Source: Gammaproteobacteria bacterium
GTDB taxonomy: Bacteria > Pseudomonadota > Gammaproteobacteria > GCA-002705445 > GCA-002716945
Reading direction: 5' to 3'
Assembly (NCBI GenBank): GCA_038142325.1
Contig: JAYQJW010000002.1
Span: 256,001 to 320,000 of the forward strand
DNA length: 64,000 nt
In this document: one piece after another, positions 36,778 through 50,500 of the stretch
Position numbering within the stretch: the stretch's first letter is position 1
Layout: the number at the start of each line of letters is the position of its first letter
The notes under the pieces: model-generated
What the model was told of the DNA's origin: nothing
Databases searched by the model: none
The model's input: the letters and a program-made list of their open reading frames with translations, nothing else
Position numbers and translations under genes: made by a program

Positions 36778-37857
36778 CTATTGAAATATATCGTATTGTG
36801 GAGAATCATTCTGAATTTTTAGATTAAAACCTGTCCCGAGCAATCTGATTGGCTTTTCTATCTCAATTATGTTTTTTTTAAATAAATCATAGAATTGGTT
36901 TACATCAATCTTTGAACATTTTTTTTGTCTAGTTATAGTCTCAAAATCATTAAATTTAATTTTAATGAATATTTCTCTAACATCTCTTGATTGAATACTA
37001 CTCGCTTTGCATCTATCAATTAATTTTTTATAAAGAATTTTGATATGATTTTGGCATGAATTTATATCAATTAGATCATCAATAAAAGTGTCCTCAACAC
37101 TAATACTTTTTCTTATTTTATTTGTTTCTATCTCTCTATTATCTATCCCTCTAATAAGATCAAATAATGTATTGCCATATGACCCAAAAATATTAATAAG
37201 TTCATCCCTAGACATTCGATACATATCTTTGCAGACTTCCATTTTTAAACTTTTGCACTTCTTGAAATTTACTTTACCAATACCTGGTATTGCTTTTAAA
37301 TTTACGTTCCTTATGAATGTTTCAATTTCACTATCATCAACCGTGAATTGACCATTAGGTTTTTTCCAATTAGAGCATATTTTTGCTATTAGTTTATTTG
37401 AGGATATGCCGGCTGACGCAGTTATACCAAAATCTTGATAAATACATTGACGTATTTCCCTGGCCATTTCCTCTGGATTACCTCTGCAGTAATTTGAAGT
37501 CGTTACATCCAAGTATGCTTCATCAATTGAAACTGGTTCAATTTTTTTTGAGTAGCATTTAAAGATTTTGAAAATATCTTTTGAACCTTTTCTGTATTTA
37601 TCAATATCAACAGGAAGTATGATTAGGCTATTACATAATTCTAAAGCCTTTTTTGTTGACATAGCTGAGTGAATGCCATATTTTCTTGCTACATAATTAC
37701 AAGTAGTTAAAACACCTCGTTGTGAAGCTTTGCCTCCAACCGCTACAGGTTTATTTATTAAATGAGGCTTGTCTTTGATTTCAAGTGAAGCAAAAAAACT
37801 ATCCATATCTACATGGATTATTTTTTTTGATTTCCAGATTTTATTTTTTTGATTCAC
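36778..37857 (-). CDS. dinB: DNA polymerase IV
   Basis: IIHVDMDSFFAS, CNYVARKYGIHSAM, SIDEAYLD, KPNG, IRLLG. Confidence 0.96.
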   Translation of the reverse strand: MNQKNKIWKSKKIIHVDMDSFFASLEIKDKPHLINKPVAVGGKASQRGVLTTCNYVARKYGIHSAMSTKKALELCNSLIILPVDIDKYRKGSKDIFKIFKCYSKKIEPVSIDEAYLDVTTSNYCRGNPEEMAREIRQCIYQDFGITASAGISSNKLIAKICSNWKKPNGQFTVDDSEIETFIRNVNLKAIPGIGKVNFKKCKSLKMEVCKDMYRMSRDELINIFGSYGNTLFDLIRGIDNREIETNKIRKSISVEDTFIDDLIDINSCQNHIKILYKKLIDRCKASSIQSRDVREIFIKIKFNDFETITRQKKCSKIDVNQFYDLFKKNIIEIEKPIRLLGTGFNLKIQNDSPQYDIFQ

Positions 37858-38071
37858 CTAAGGTTGATGCTTTGATTGTTAAAGCATGAATTTCACCAGT
37901 TTTAATATATTCATCAACAATAGCATAAATCATTTTATGTCTGTCTATAGTAGATTTTCCATTAAATGCTTCACTGATTATATTTACAGTGTATTTAGAA
38001 TCAGATCCATCGACATTCAAACTGTCATATTTTAAGTTCTGTTCAATTAAGCTAGATATTTTTTCTTTCAC
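37841..38071 (-). CDS. BolA family protein
   Basis: SEAFNGKSTIDRHKMIY, IHALTIKA. Confidence 0.9.
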   Translation of the reverse strand: MKEKISSLIEQNLKYDSLNVDGSDSKYTVNIISEAFNGKSTIDRHKMIYAIVDEYIKTGEIHALTIKASTLGESKK

Positions 38072-38074
38072 AGT

Positions 38075-38509
38075 TTATTTCTCCCATAATTCTGGATTTG
38101 CCCAATTTTTGTTATTTAGCCAATCAGGATTATCCTTGTATGATGATATTTCATAAATGAAAACTTGAAATAAATTATCATCTGAAGGTCCATAGTACTT
38201 ATATCCATATGAAAATAATGTGCTCTCAGTTGCTGTTTGATTGTCACCAAAAGCTGAATCATTAATCAATAAGAGCATAACATCACTTGCGCCGTAGTTA
38301 TATTTCAAAATCGTTTGATTAGACAGGCCTTTTGAATCTGTTATTAATAAAAGTAATTCATCATCTGATAGAGGATTTTTTATGATATTCTCCAACGATT
38401 CCATAACTTTAAATGAACTTATATCACAGAAATTCTTAATGCTTGTGTGGTCCATGGATGTGAATAATTTCACAGATGATTTCTTTTTCAAATATTCATT
38501 AATATTCAT
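38075..38509 (-). CDS. Conserved hypothetical protein (DUF6231-like C-terminus)
   Basis: C-terminal YKDNPDWLNNKNWANPELW motif. Confidence 0.7.
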   Translation of the reverse strand: MNINEYLKKKSSVKLFTSMDHTSIKNFCDISSFKVMESLENIIKNPLSDDELLLLITDSKGLSNQTILKYNYGASDVMLLLINDSAFGDNQTATESTLFSYGYKYYGPSDDNLFQVFIYEISSYKDNPDWLNNKNWANPELWEK

Positions 38510-39171
38510 TTTTTGCCATCAATTAAATGAAATTTAACTGTTTTTGATTTGTACGTATTAATAATATCAAAACTCTTATAATCATTTGAATTTATATACT
38601 CTTTTACAATAATCTTACTATTAACTCTTTTAATAGTCTCGTCAATAATATCTTGATTATGCTGCGTGCTATTTTCAGCTATCTTTCTTAAAAACTGTTC
38701 TTTTTTTGAGGGTAATGCACTTTTGTTAACATTAAACATAAAATCAAAATAAAGATAATCAAATTGAAAAGCTGTATCTCTAATAAAACTTAAACAGTCT
38801 CCAAGTCGCATACTGATATCATTGAAAATTGATTTGACATTTTTATCAATAATTCTTGCTTTTGCATCTTTGAGCAGCCTTATTATTAGAGGATTTTTTT
38901 CAATCATAGTTACATTATTTCCGAGCGAGGACATAATTGCAGAGTCTTTACAAAACCCTCCTGTACAATCGAGAATTTTTAAATTATCTTTTTTTAATAT
39001 TTTATTCAGAGGATGATTTCTACTATTTTTCAATATTTCTGAATATTCATCAAAAGAAAGAATGAATTTTACATTGGACTTATTGTCCTTCAGTTGCAAT
39101 CCTTTTTTTGTCTTGTTGAGAGTTAGATTATGAAGACTTGTTAAATAACTATCGCTAATTATATTAGTCAT
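38506..39171 (-). CDS. rsmJ: RsmJ-like 16S rRNA methyltransferase
   Basis: ILDCTGGFCKDS, EKNPLI, YFDFMF, KSALPSK, IIVKE. Confidence 0.75.
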   Translation of the reverse strand: MTNIISDSYLTSLHNLTLNKTKKGLQLKDNKSNVKFILSFDEYSEILKNSRNHPLNKILKKDNLKILDCTGGFCKDSAIMSSLGNNVTMIEKNPLIIRLLKDAKARIIDKNVKSIFNDISMRLGDCLSFIRDTAFQFDYLYFDFMFNVNKSALPSKKEQFLRKIAENSTQHNQDIIDETIKRVNSKIIVKEYINSNDYKSFDIINTYKSKTVKFHLIDGKK

Positions 39172-39183
39172 TCTGAAACCCGA

Positions 39184-39642
39184 TTAACCAATATTAAATT
39201 TTCTCCTGACATATCTAAGAGCAAAAAATATGAGCGGCCAGAGAAATGCGTTCATAAACGAACCAATTAATATAGCTTGATATTCAATAGTCTTGCCAAT
39301 GATAATGTATGCCCAGACGAGAAGGTGTTGTTTGACAATAATGAGGAAAAATATGACAAAAGATTGTTGAGCTATAGTCATATACCTAAGAGAGTTATAT
39401 AAACGAAGTACAATATAAATTAAAATAACATAAAAAAGGGATGATATACCTAAAACTTGACCAAGAACAATGTCAACTAGAAACCCTAATACGAAGGCAA
39501 GAAATAATTTATTAATCGAGGGAATAGCGATTGCCCAGTATATTAATACTAAGAGAATCCATTCTGGTGAGTAATAGCCCAGGGGTAATGTTATAAGTGA
39601 TACAAACAGGCTTAAAAGTATTGTTAGTAGTATTAATATCAT
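39184..39642 (-). CDS. mreD: Rod shape-determining protein MreD
   Basis: PEWILLVLIYW, GFLVDIVLGQVLG; follows mreC. Confidence 0.92.
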   Translation of the reverse strand: MILILLTILLSLFVSLITLPLGYYSPEWILLVLIYWAIAIPSINKLFLAFVLGFLVDIVLGQVLGISSLFYVILIYIVLRLYNSLRYMTIAQQSFVIFFLIIVKQHLLVWAYIIIGKTIEYQAILIGSFMNAFLWPLIFFALRYVRRKFNIG

Positions 39643-40466
39643 TTGATTTTACTTGGTATAATTGCTTCTGAAATCTTTTCAACCTTCTCTATAGGGTCAA
39701 TGATTGCTTGAATGAAGCGTTCACCATCGTTTTTAATTACATCTTTGACTCTTCCTATTTTTAAAGATGGGATGAACCTATTTGCTTGACCAGATGTAAT
39801 GATTAAGTCGCCAGTTTTTATATCAGAATCATTAGGTAGAAATGGAACTTCTAATAGATTATCCTCTGCTCCACCTTTTACAATGATTTGTTGGCCTGTT
39901 CGACCAATCTTTGCAGGTACATTGCTATTACTATCTGTTATAAGTAATACCTTGCTGGTATACATATTAACTTCTACAATTTGTCCAAGTAGACCATTTA
40001 CCCCCATAACAGTTTGTCCCACTATCAAGTCATAATTTGATCCAACGTTAATTTGAATTGATTTCTTATTTGGTATTACGTTAGTCTCGGTAATCTCAGC
40101 AATTTTTATATTTTTTATTTCATTGTCATGGTTTTGTCTTATTCCTCTTAGTCGTGAAACTTGACTCTCCAAAACATCTAACCTTTGAAGATTGATTTTC
40201 ATCGATATATTCTCTTTCTCCAGCCTTTCTATTTCTTCTTTTAATTCAGCGATAGTCTCCTTCTCAACCATAAATGAAGAGAAGAACATTGATGGTGTTC
40301 TAGCAAGATATTGGATAGGGTTGATTATAAAATCATTTATATAAATTCTTATATAGTTTGAATTTGAGTATTTAATATCTAGAACGATACTAGATATGGA
40401 TAAGGTGATTAAGAAAATTAGTAGGTAAAAGTTAGTAACACTTTTCTTAAAAGTTAGAGAAGACAC
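39639..40466 (-). CDS. mreC: Rod shape-determining protein MreC
   Basis: TM plus coiled coil, GLLGQIVEV, SKVLLITD, GDLIITSG. Confidence 0.92.
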   Translation of the reverse strand: MSSLTFKKSVTNFYLLIFLITLSISSIVLDIKYSNSNYIRIYINDFIINPIQYLARTPSMFFSSFMVEKETIAELKEEIERLEKENISMKINLQRLDVLESQVSRLRGIRQNHDNEIKNIKIAEITETNVIPNKKSIQINVGSNYDLIVGQTVMGVNGLLGQIVEVNMYTSKVLLITDSNSNVPAKIGRTGQQIIVKGGAEDNLLEVPFLPNDSDIKTGDLIITSGQANRFIPSLKIGRVKDVIKNDGERFIQAIIDPIEKVEKISEAIIPSKIK

Positions 40467-40468
40467 GG

Positions 40469-42947
<2,479 letters not shown>

Positions 42948-42949
42948 AA

Positions 42950-44398
42950 TTATTTTCCCGGTTCCATTAAATGCCAATCTGTTTCTTTTTGGTAAAGGTG
43001 AGAAATTCTTAGGATGTTCTCTTCATCAAAATGTTTACCAATAATTTGAAGACCAAGGGGCATATTTTCTTTAAAGCCCATTGGAATAGAGATTGCTGGT
43101 AGGCCAGCAAGATTTGTACTAACCGTGTATACATCTGATAAGTACATTGCAATTGGGTCATTCATTTTCTCACCAATCTTAAATGCAATATCTGGTGTTG
43201 TTGGCCCCAGTATTAAATCTACTTCTTTATATGCATTACTAAAATCTTGAGCAATAAGATTTCTTACCTTTTGAGCTTTAAGATAGTATGCATCATAATA
43301 ACCAGCTGAAAGAGCATATGTCCCGACTAATATTCTTCTTTTTACCTCTTTACCAAAACCTTCAGATCTAGAGTTTCTATATAGATCCTCAAGATTTGTT
43401 GATTTGTTGGATCTGTGCCCATATCTCACTCCATCAAATCTAGACAAATTTGATGAACATTCAGCGGGAGCAACAACTTGATAAGCTGACACGCCTAGGC
43501 TTGTATATTTAAGGTTAATTGTTTTAATTTTGCATCCGATTTTTTCAAAAATTTTAATCGAGTCATAAAATGATTCTTTGACATCATCATTCAGGTCTTT
43601 TATAAATTCTTCTGGAATGCCAATTATGTAATCTCTTTTTCCATTCTCTTCACAATATGTTTTATAATCTGGCACCTCAACATCAGAACTCGTTGAGTCC
43701 TTTTTGTCATGCCCTGAAATCTCTTTAAGTAAAGTCGCTGCATCTAGAGCATCTGTAGTAAATAACCCTGCTTGATCTAAACTTGAGGCAAATGCAATCA
43801 TTCCGAATCTTGACACCCTTCCATATGTTGGTTTAAGACCACATATTCCACAAAGAGAAGCGGGTTGTCGAATAGATCCACCTGTATCAGTTCCGGTTGA
43901 GCATGGAGCCATTCTAGCTGCAACAACTGATGCTGAACCACCAGAAGAACCTCCAGGGACATAATCAGTATTCCATGGATTTCTCACCGGGCCATAAAAA
44001 CTTGTCTCATTGGAAGAGCCCATTGCAAATTCATCCATATTAGTTTTTCCAAGCATAATAGTTCCTGCATCATTAAGTTTTTTGATTACAGTTGCATCAT
44101 AAGGACTGATAAAATTATCAAGCATTTTTGAGCCACAGGTTGTCTTAACACCTTTAGTACAAAAGATATCTTTTTGAGCAATTGGTAAACCCGATAAAGG
44201 TCTAAACTTATTATTAGATATTTCATCATCAATTGATTTAGCTTTTGCTAAAGCGATTTCTTCTGTTAATGTTATGAAACAGTTAAATTCATCATTATTT
44301 TTCTTGATTAAACTAAAGTAATGATTTGTAATTTCAGTAGCACTTACTTTCTTATCTCTAACTGCAGTTAAAATTTCATTTACGGAATTTAGTTTCAT
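42950..44398 (-). CDS. gatA: Asp/Glu-tRNA amidotransferase subunit A
   Basis: [46 protein letters not shown]. Confidence 0.98.
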   Translation of the reverse strand: MKLNSVNEILTAVRDKKVSATEITNHYFSLIKKNNDEFNCFITLTEEIALAKAKSIDDEISNNKFRPLSGLPIAQKDIFCTKGVKTTCGSKMLDNFISPYDATVIKKLNDAGTIMLGKTNMDEFAMGSSNETSFYGPVRNPWNTDYVPGGSSGGSASVVAARMAPCSTGTDTGGSIRQPASLCGICGLKPTYGRVSRFGMIAFASSLDQAGLFTTDALDAATLLKEISGHDKKDSTSSDVEVPDYKTYCEENGKRDYIIGIPEEFIKDLNDDVKESFYDSIKIFEKIGCKIKTINLKYTSLGVSAYQVVAPAECSSNLSRFDGVRYGHRSNKSTNLEDLYRNSRSEGFGKEVKRRILVGTYALSAGYYDAYYLKAQKVRNLIAQDFSNAYKEVDLILGPTTPDIAFKIGEKMNDPIAMYLSDVYTVSTNLAGLPAISIPMGFKENMPLGLQIIGKHFDEENILRISHLYQKETDWHLMEPGK

Positions 44399-44682
44399 AT
44401 TAATCTATAATTTTTAGGAACAATGTAATAGCCGTCTTTTACTTTAGAAGAGTCATTTTGATTTTCGGTTCTGTTGATTGCATCATCTGATTTATCATCT
44501 CTGAGCGGTTGACTAAAGTCTAGTGGATGTGCCATAGGCGCCATATCTTCAGTCGGTGCAGCATCTATGTCGCTAATCAACTTTAATATACTTTTTAAGT
44601 TTGTTTTGAGCTCTTCAATATCATCATCCGGAATGGTAAGTTTCGACAGATGAGTTAATTTTTTTATTGTATCATTATCCAT
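44395..44682 (-). CDS. gatC: Asp/Glu-tRNA amidotransferase subunit C
   Basis: PMAHPL, PLRDD, GYYIVPK; precedes gatA (last codons likely shifted by an extra A: VPKIID*). Confidence 0.9.
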   Translation of the reverse strand: MDNDTIKKLTHLSKLTIPDDDIEELKTNLKSILKLISDIDAAPTEDMAPMAHPLDFSQPLRDDKSDDAINRTENQNDSSKVKDGYYIVPKNYRLI

Positions 44683-45544
44683 TTTCTTTATGTGATGAAG
44701 CGAATCTTGGCATCATATTATAGTCCATGTGGATAGATATGTCTGTAAAATCATTTAACTCTAATAGAGAAATAATTGCTTTAGATTGATCGATTCCGAA
44801 TTCTAAAATTAACGCCCCACCTTTACTAAGAGCTTCAGGAGATGATTCTACTATATTTCTTATAGCATCTAGTCCATCTTTCCCCGAATAGAGGGCAGTA
44901 TGCGGCTCATTGTCAGAAACACTACCTTCGACACGATTATCATTAATAGCAATGTATGGAGGATTGCTAAAAACAAAATCTAATGTATGACTCCCAAACG
45001 GTTTTAGCCAATCACCACATATTAATTCGATGTTATTAAAATTACATAACGCCAAATTCTTTTTCGCTACATTAATAGCAGTTTTGTAGAAATCGCTGAG
45101 AATAATTTTCCATTCTGGTCTTTCATTAGCAACTGTTATACCCACACAGCCCGAGCCACAACCTGCATCTAAAAAAACACATCTACCTCTCTTTTTGTAT
45201 ATTTCATCACCTTGATGAAGTAAATGTTCTATTATGCTCTCTGTTTCAGATCTTGGTATTAATACATTCTCATCAACATAAAATTCATGTTTATAAAATT
45301 TATGTTTCTTTAATATGTATGATAGAGGAACACCATCATTCCTTTTTTTTAAAATATCTTTGATTTGAGCTCTTAAACGTTCTGTAATCTCGGGTATATA
45401 GTCTGAATATAGTTTTGTCTTTTCGTAGTCCATTACATAACTGAAAATTTCTTCAGCTTCAATTTTACATTGCAGGTAAGTTTGGGAAGTAGTTTGTTCG
45501 AGGAACTAAACTGCATCTTTAAATGCATCGAAAGTTTTCATCAT
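44675..45544 (-). CDS. prmC: Release factor glutamine methyltransferase; full frame from ATG 45544 contains TAG at codon 13
   Basis: GVPLSYIL, VLIPRSETE, LDAGCGSGC, SNPPYI, EPHTALYSGKDGL; ATGA overlap with prfA stop. Confidence 0.93.
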
Positions 45545-46599
45545 TTCCTAGATTCTTCAATTAATGAATCTATTAATGGTTCAATATTCCCTTCTATAAG
45601 CTGATCAAGTTTGTATAACGTAAGGTTAATTCTATGGTCCGTCACTCTCCCTTGGGGAAAATTGTAAGTTCTTATTCTTTCTGATCTGTCTCCTGAGCCA
45701 ATTTGTTTTTTCCTGCTTTCATCAGTATCTTTTTTTTGTTTTTCTTGTTCGGCTGACAACAATCTAGAGTGCAAATACTCTAGCGCTTTAGCTTTGTTTT
45801 TATGTTGAGATCGATCATCTTGACACTCAGATACTATCCCTGTTGGAAGATGTGTAATTCTAACAGCTGAATCTGTTTTATTAACATGCTGTCCTCCAGC
45901 CCCAGATGCGCGATATGTGTCTATTCTTAAATCTGCAGGATTAATCTCTATATCATCAACTTGATCAACTATAGGAAGAACTGCTACAGTTGATGCTGAT
46001 GTGTGAACTCTGCCCTGTGTTTCTGTATCCGGAACTCTTTGGACTCGATGCGTTCCTGATTCAAACTTAAGAAAACTATATACATTATTGCCCATTACTT
46101 TATAAATTATTTCTTTGAATCCTCCATGATCACTTACGTTGCTGTTTATAATCTCTACACTCCATTTATTTTTTTCTGCGAACTTAGCGTACATCTTAAA
46201 AAGATCGCCAGCAAATATAGCAGCCTCTTCACCACCAGTTCCTGCTCTAATTTCCATATAGATATCTCTTGAGTCATTAGGATCTTTCTCGATTGTTGCT
46301 TCAATAATCTTTAATTCAACTTGTTTAAGCTCCTTCTCATATCCATCTAGTTCATCTCTTGCAATGGCTATCATTTCTTTATCATCATCATTTAAAAGCT
46401 CTTGTGTTTCAGATATTGATTTTTCGATATGAAGAAATTTTTGAAAAAGTTTTACACTTTGTTCTAACTTCGAAAGCTCTTGATTTAGAGACTTCATTTT
46501 TGTTTGATCTGAGTATATTTCAGGTGTGCTTAATTTTTGCGTTATACTTTTGTAACTTGAGAGATTTTTCTCAAGCTTTGATCGTAAATCAGGGGTCAT
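45541..46599 (-). CDS. prfA: Peptide chain release factor 1
   Basis: EIRAGTGGEEA, RVPDTETQGRVHTS (PxT), GAGGQHVN, RSERIRTYNFPQ. Confidence 0.98.
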   Translation of the reverse strand: MTPDLRSKLEKNLSSYKSITQKLSTPEIYSDQTKMKSLNQELSKLEQSVKLFQKFLHIEKSISETQELLNDDDKEMIAIARDELDGYEKELKQVELKIIEATIEKDPNDSRDIYMEIRAGTGGEEAAIFAGDLFKMYAKFAEKNKWSVEIINSNVSDHGGFKEIIYKVMGNNVYSFLKFESGTHRVQRVPDTETQGRVHTSASTVAVLPIVDQVDDIEINPADLRIDTYRASGAGGQHVNKTDSAVRITHLPTGIVSECQDDRSQHKNKAKALEYLHSRLLSAEQEKQKKDTDESRKKQIGSGDRSERIRTYNFPQGRVTDHRINLTLYKLDQLIEGNIEPLIDSLIEESRK

Positions 46600-47839
46600 T
46601 AGTTTTCCTTGAAGAGGTTATTGAGTTTATTTATCTTATCTTCGTCAAGGTGAGGATATAGTTCTTTTAGTTTTAATGTTGTCTCATGAGCAAGCTTATT
46701 CTTAAGCGATTCTGATACATAATCAATAACAACGTTTACATCTTCAGAATTTTTTATCATTCGTTTAGCTTTTATAACTATTCCATTGGTAATATCATCT
46801 ACATAATCTCTATAATTTTTAATTATCTCAGCACTACTATTTTCTGCTAACCAATTTTTATACTCAACAATTTTAAATTTGATGATTTCTTCAGCTTCTT
46901 TAATAGATTTCTCTCTAATTTTATAATTCTTTTCTATAATCTCTCCTAAATCATCAATAGTATATAGATAGACATTATTAAGGTTTTTAATTTGTGACTC
47001 TACATCTCTAGGCACGCCTAAATCTATAATCACCATTGAGGTATTGTTTCTTTTTTCTAATGCATTTTCTATATTACCTTTACCAATTAATGGAAGTGAG
47101 CTGGATGTAGATGTAATGATGATGTCGAAATCATGAATGATGTTCGACAAGCTGTTCAAATTAGAATATCTACAATTATTATCAACTGCCAACTTCTTTC
47201 CTTTTTCTTCTTTTCTATTACAAATAGTTATTTCATGAACATTATTTGATTTAAGATATTTTAAAGCTAGTTGTGTCATTTCTCCTGCACCTATTAACAA
47301 ACATTTTTTTTCATCAACTGCTGAAAATATTTTCTTTATAAGCAGTATTGATGTGTACATGAATGAAATAGCATTACCACCAATGTCGGTGTTAGTTCTT
47401 ACATTCTTTGCAACAGAGAATGAGTATTCAAAAAGTCTTTTTAGTTTACTGTCTACTGTTTTATTCTCTAACGCAATTTTGTAAGCACTTTTTACCTGAC
47501 CAAGTACTTCGTTTTCACCTATAACCATTGAATCTAAGCCCGCAACAACTCTAAATAAATGTTTTATGGCATCTTCTTCCTCATATGAATATAAATATTT
47601 TGAAAACGACTTATATTCTTTTTCACTGAGAAGCCAGTTTTTTATATCAACGATGCCAGACTGACTTTCAACATAAATTTCTGTTCTGTTACAGGTAGAC
47701 ACAACAATAACCTCCGATATTTGCTCATTTTTTTTATACGACGGAGCAACAGGGAGATAGTATCTCCAGTGAAAGAGAATTTCTCTCTAACTTCGATACT
47801 AGCTGATTTATGATTAAGCCCTAATATTGATATGGTCAT
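46599..47839 (-). CDS. hemA: Glutamyl-tRNA reductase, frameshifted in T-run 47728-47735
   Basis: GLNHKSASIEVREK, STCNRTE, GLDSMVIGENEVLGQVK, IGAGEM, DLGVPRD. Confidence 0.96.
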
Positions 47840-47883
47840 TTATGTTTACCTAATTAGAAATTAGCATGTGCTATTATACATCT

Positions 47884-49602
47884 ATGGCAACAAATATAAA
47901 ATTAATGGCAGTTATCTTATTGATATTTCTAGTGTCTTGTAGCAGTCAAAATTCGTCTGAATCTTCAAAAAATATGAGCAAAGCGCCATATTCAGATGTA
48001 GATTCAAATTTCAAATACAATTCCATATACAATAAATTAGTTGTTGAATTATCACTTCATAAAAATAAGGATGATGAAGCTTTAGAGACTTTTACTTCAA
48101 ACATAAAATATTTCAACGAAGAAAGTGTTTTCTTACGCATGGTTAACAAAGCTCGTGATATGAGAAAATTTGATTACGTAAATAAAATCTCTTCAAGATG
48201 GCTTCAAGTTGACCCCTTAAATGTATCTGCACATAAGATTGCATTTTCTAATAATCTAGAAACGTCAAGTTATGATCAGGCAACCTATCATTTTGAATTT
48301 TTATTTAATGCTTACAAAGAAAACAATAATAAATCATATATTAATATAGAGGATATATTATCTAGAAATATTATTGTTAGTAACATCATTGAATTCTTTG
48401 AGATGAACATAAAACATTATGATAGCGATGAGTTACTATTTCATTACGTTGATATTCTTCAAAAAAATGATTTAGATAATATTGTAATCCCATACTTAAA
48501 TAAGACTAGTTATGAAAACAATAGAATTATCTCAAGAAAGTATTCAAATTCATTGGCCAAACTTAATAGAACTGAGGAAGCAATAAATGTTCTCGAAAAT
48601 TATATTGCCACATCAACCATTACAGACAGGGAGGCTTTATATGACTTGTTAGGATTATATTTGCAAAAGAAAGACACAGAAATGATTGATGAGCTTGTGA
48701 GAAAATTAGTTAATATTGATCCCGAAGACAGTGACTTTATGTTCAGACTAGCATTGTTGTGTTTTGATAAAAATAATTTTGATTTTGCTGAGAAATATTT
48801 CAATATTTTATTATCAAAATCATATGCTCCAGACAATATTAACTTTTTCCTGGGTCAAATTGACTTTAATAATGGACGTTATCAAGAAGCACTTCGCCAT
48901 TATGAAAAAATTCAACAAGGAACATTTATAAATACTAAACTATTGAATGTAGCTAGAGCACTTTCTCGACAATACGGTACATCCCAAGCAGTATCTTATC
49001 TTGAGGAGGAAGTGAAAATAAAAACAAAAAATGATCTTTTAAATTTACTATCTCTAAAGTTATCTATCTATCAAGAACCATATGACATAAATAAAGTTAT
49101 TGATTTAAGCAATGAAATTATCAAATTATTTCCAAGAAATGAACGTGCTCTTTACACGCGTGCACTTGCATATGAAAAGAATGGCGATATTGAGAATATG
49201 ATGAAAGATTTTGAAATGATGATTGATGCTGATCCATATAATTCTGTAGCATTAAATGCCTATGGTTACAGCCTTTCTCTTCACAAGAAAAAGTTAGATT
49301 ATGCTGAAAAACTTATCCGAAGAGCAATAGAAGTTGATCCAGGTAATGCAGCTATATTAGATAGTCTCGCGTGGGTTCTTTATCTCAAAGGTTCATACGA
49401 AAAAGCTTATAACTACTCAAAGCTTGCATACAGCAAAGATCAAGACCCAGAGATTGTTAGTCACTACTATAAGATATTATTAAAAAATGGTTATGCTGAT
49501 GAGGCTCAAAAAATCCTACAAAAATCTATCAAAGATAATCCAAACAATGAGCATTTGCTAAATCTTTTAAATCACATAAATAATGAATCAGCTCAGTTGT
49601 AA
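47884..49602 (+). CDS. TPR-repeat lipoprotein (conserved gene divergent from hemA)
   Basis: Lipobox LVSC, ALNAYGYSL, AAILDSLAWVLY, DPEIVSHY. Confidence 0.85.
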   Translation: MATNIKLMAVILLIFLVSCSSQNSSESSKNMSKAPYSDVDSNFKYNSIYNKLVVELSLHKNKDDEALETFTSNIKYFNEESVFLRMVNKARDMRKFDYVNKISSRWLQVDPLNVSAHKIAFSNNLETSSYDQATYHFEFLFNAYKENNNKSYINIEDILSRNIIVSNIIEFFEMNIKHYDSDELLFHYVDILQKNDLDNIVIPYLNKTSYENNRIISRKYSNSLAKLNRTEEAINVLENYIATSTITDREALYDLLGLYLQKKDTEMIDELVRKLVNIDPEDSDFMFRLALLCFDKNNFDFAEKYFNILLSKSYAPDNINFFLGQIDFNNGRYQEALRHYEKIQQGTFINTKLLNVARALSRQYGTSQAVSYLEEEVKIKTKNDLLNLLSLKLSIYQEPYDINKVIDLSNEIIKLFPRNERALYTRALAYEKNGDIENMMKDFEMMIDADPYNSVALNAYGYSLSLHKKKLDYAEKLIRRAIEVDPGNAAILDSLAWVLYLKGSYEKAYNYSKLAYSKDQDPEIVSHYYKILLKNGYADEAQKILQKSIKDNPNNEHLLNLLNHINNESAQL

Positions 49603-50408
49603 TTCATATGCAAAACTAAACCTTTGTTTACATGTATTAGATAAGCGTAAAGATGGATTTCATAATATTCAAAGTATATTTCAGCCGATAGATTTAAGTG
49701 ATCAGCTCACTTTCAAATTAAAAGATGAGGTAATAATAGAATTAAAAACTAATTCTAATGATCTTAATATAAGTAATAATCTCATCACGAAAGCTTATAA
49801 TTTATTACATCGAAGATTTCAGTTTTCAGCATGGACTAGAAATTACCCTTCATAAAAATATACCTATTGGAGCGGGACTTGGAGGGGGTAGTTCTAATGC
49901 TGCCTGTACTTTGTTAGCAATGGATAGAATATTTAATCTAAACATTCCTAAAAACCAACTTATATCATACGCAGAAGAACTAGGTTCAGATGTGCCATTT
50001 TTCATTTATAATAATCCCATGATAGTTTCAGGGAGGGGGGAGAAGCTAAAAAAGGTATCTTTGCCAAGGAAATTCTTTGTTTTGATTTTATCTGATATTT
50101 CTATTTCGACTGGCGATATCTTTAATTGCCTTAATTCAACACACTATTCACGACCCATTGATGATTTGAAATTAATTAGCTCGACTACAAACTGTTTTGA
50201 GTCATTGGTAATGAGCAAATACCCTCAACTATTGGAGACAAAATATTGGCTTTCCTCCTTTGGTAAGGTTAGAATGTCCGGTACGGGAAGCACGCTATAC
50301 ATTGAATTTGATAGTTACGAAAGTGCTAGAGAAGCTGATAAGGAAATTGGAAAAAGATACAAATCAAAAATGGTGAGTAGTCTTGATTCATATGATATTT
50401 TTTCTTAA
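49583..50408 (+). CDS. ispE: 4-diphosphocytidyl-2-C-methyl-D-erythritol kinase, +1 indel near 49825
   Basis: AKLNLCLHV, DGFHNIQSIF; corrected frame KNIPIGAGLGGGSSNAA, LGSDVPFF, RMSGTGS. Confidence 0.95.
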
Positions 50409-50413
50409 TAATT

Positions 50414-50485
50414 TGGGGTGTAGCCAAGCGGTAAGGCAGCGGGTTTTGATCCCGTCATTCGGAGGTTCGAATCCTTCCACCCCAG
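50414..50485 (+). tRNA. tRNA-Gln(TTG), CCA not encoded
   Basis: TGGGGTG/CACCCCA acceptor stem, anticodon arm GCGGG-TTTTGAT-CCCGT, T-arm GGAGG-TTCGAAT-CCTTC; canonical ispE-tRNA-Gln-prs position. Confidence 0.97.
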
Positions 50486-50500
50486 ATTTTCAGGTGATTT

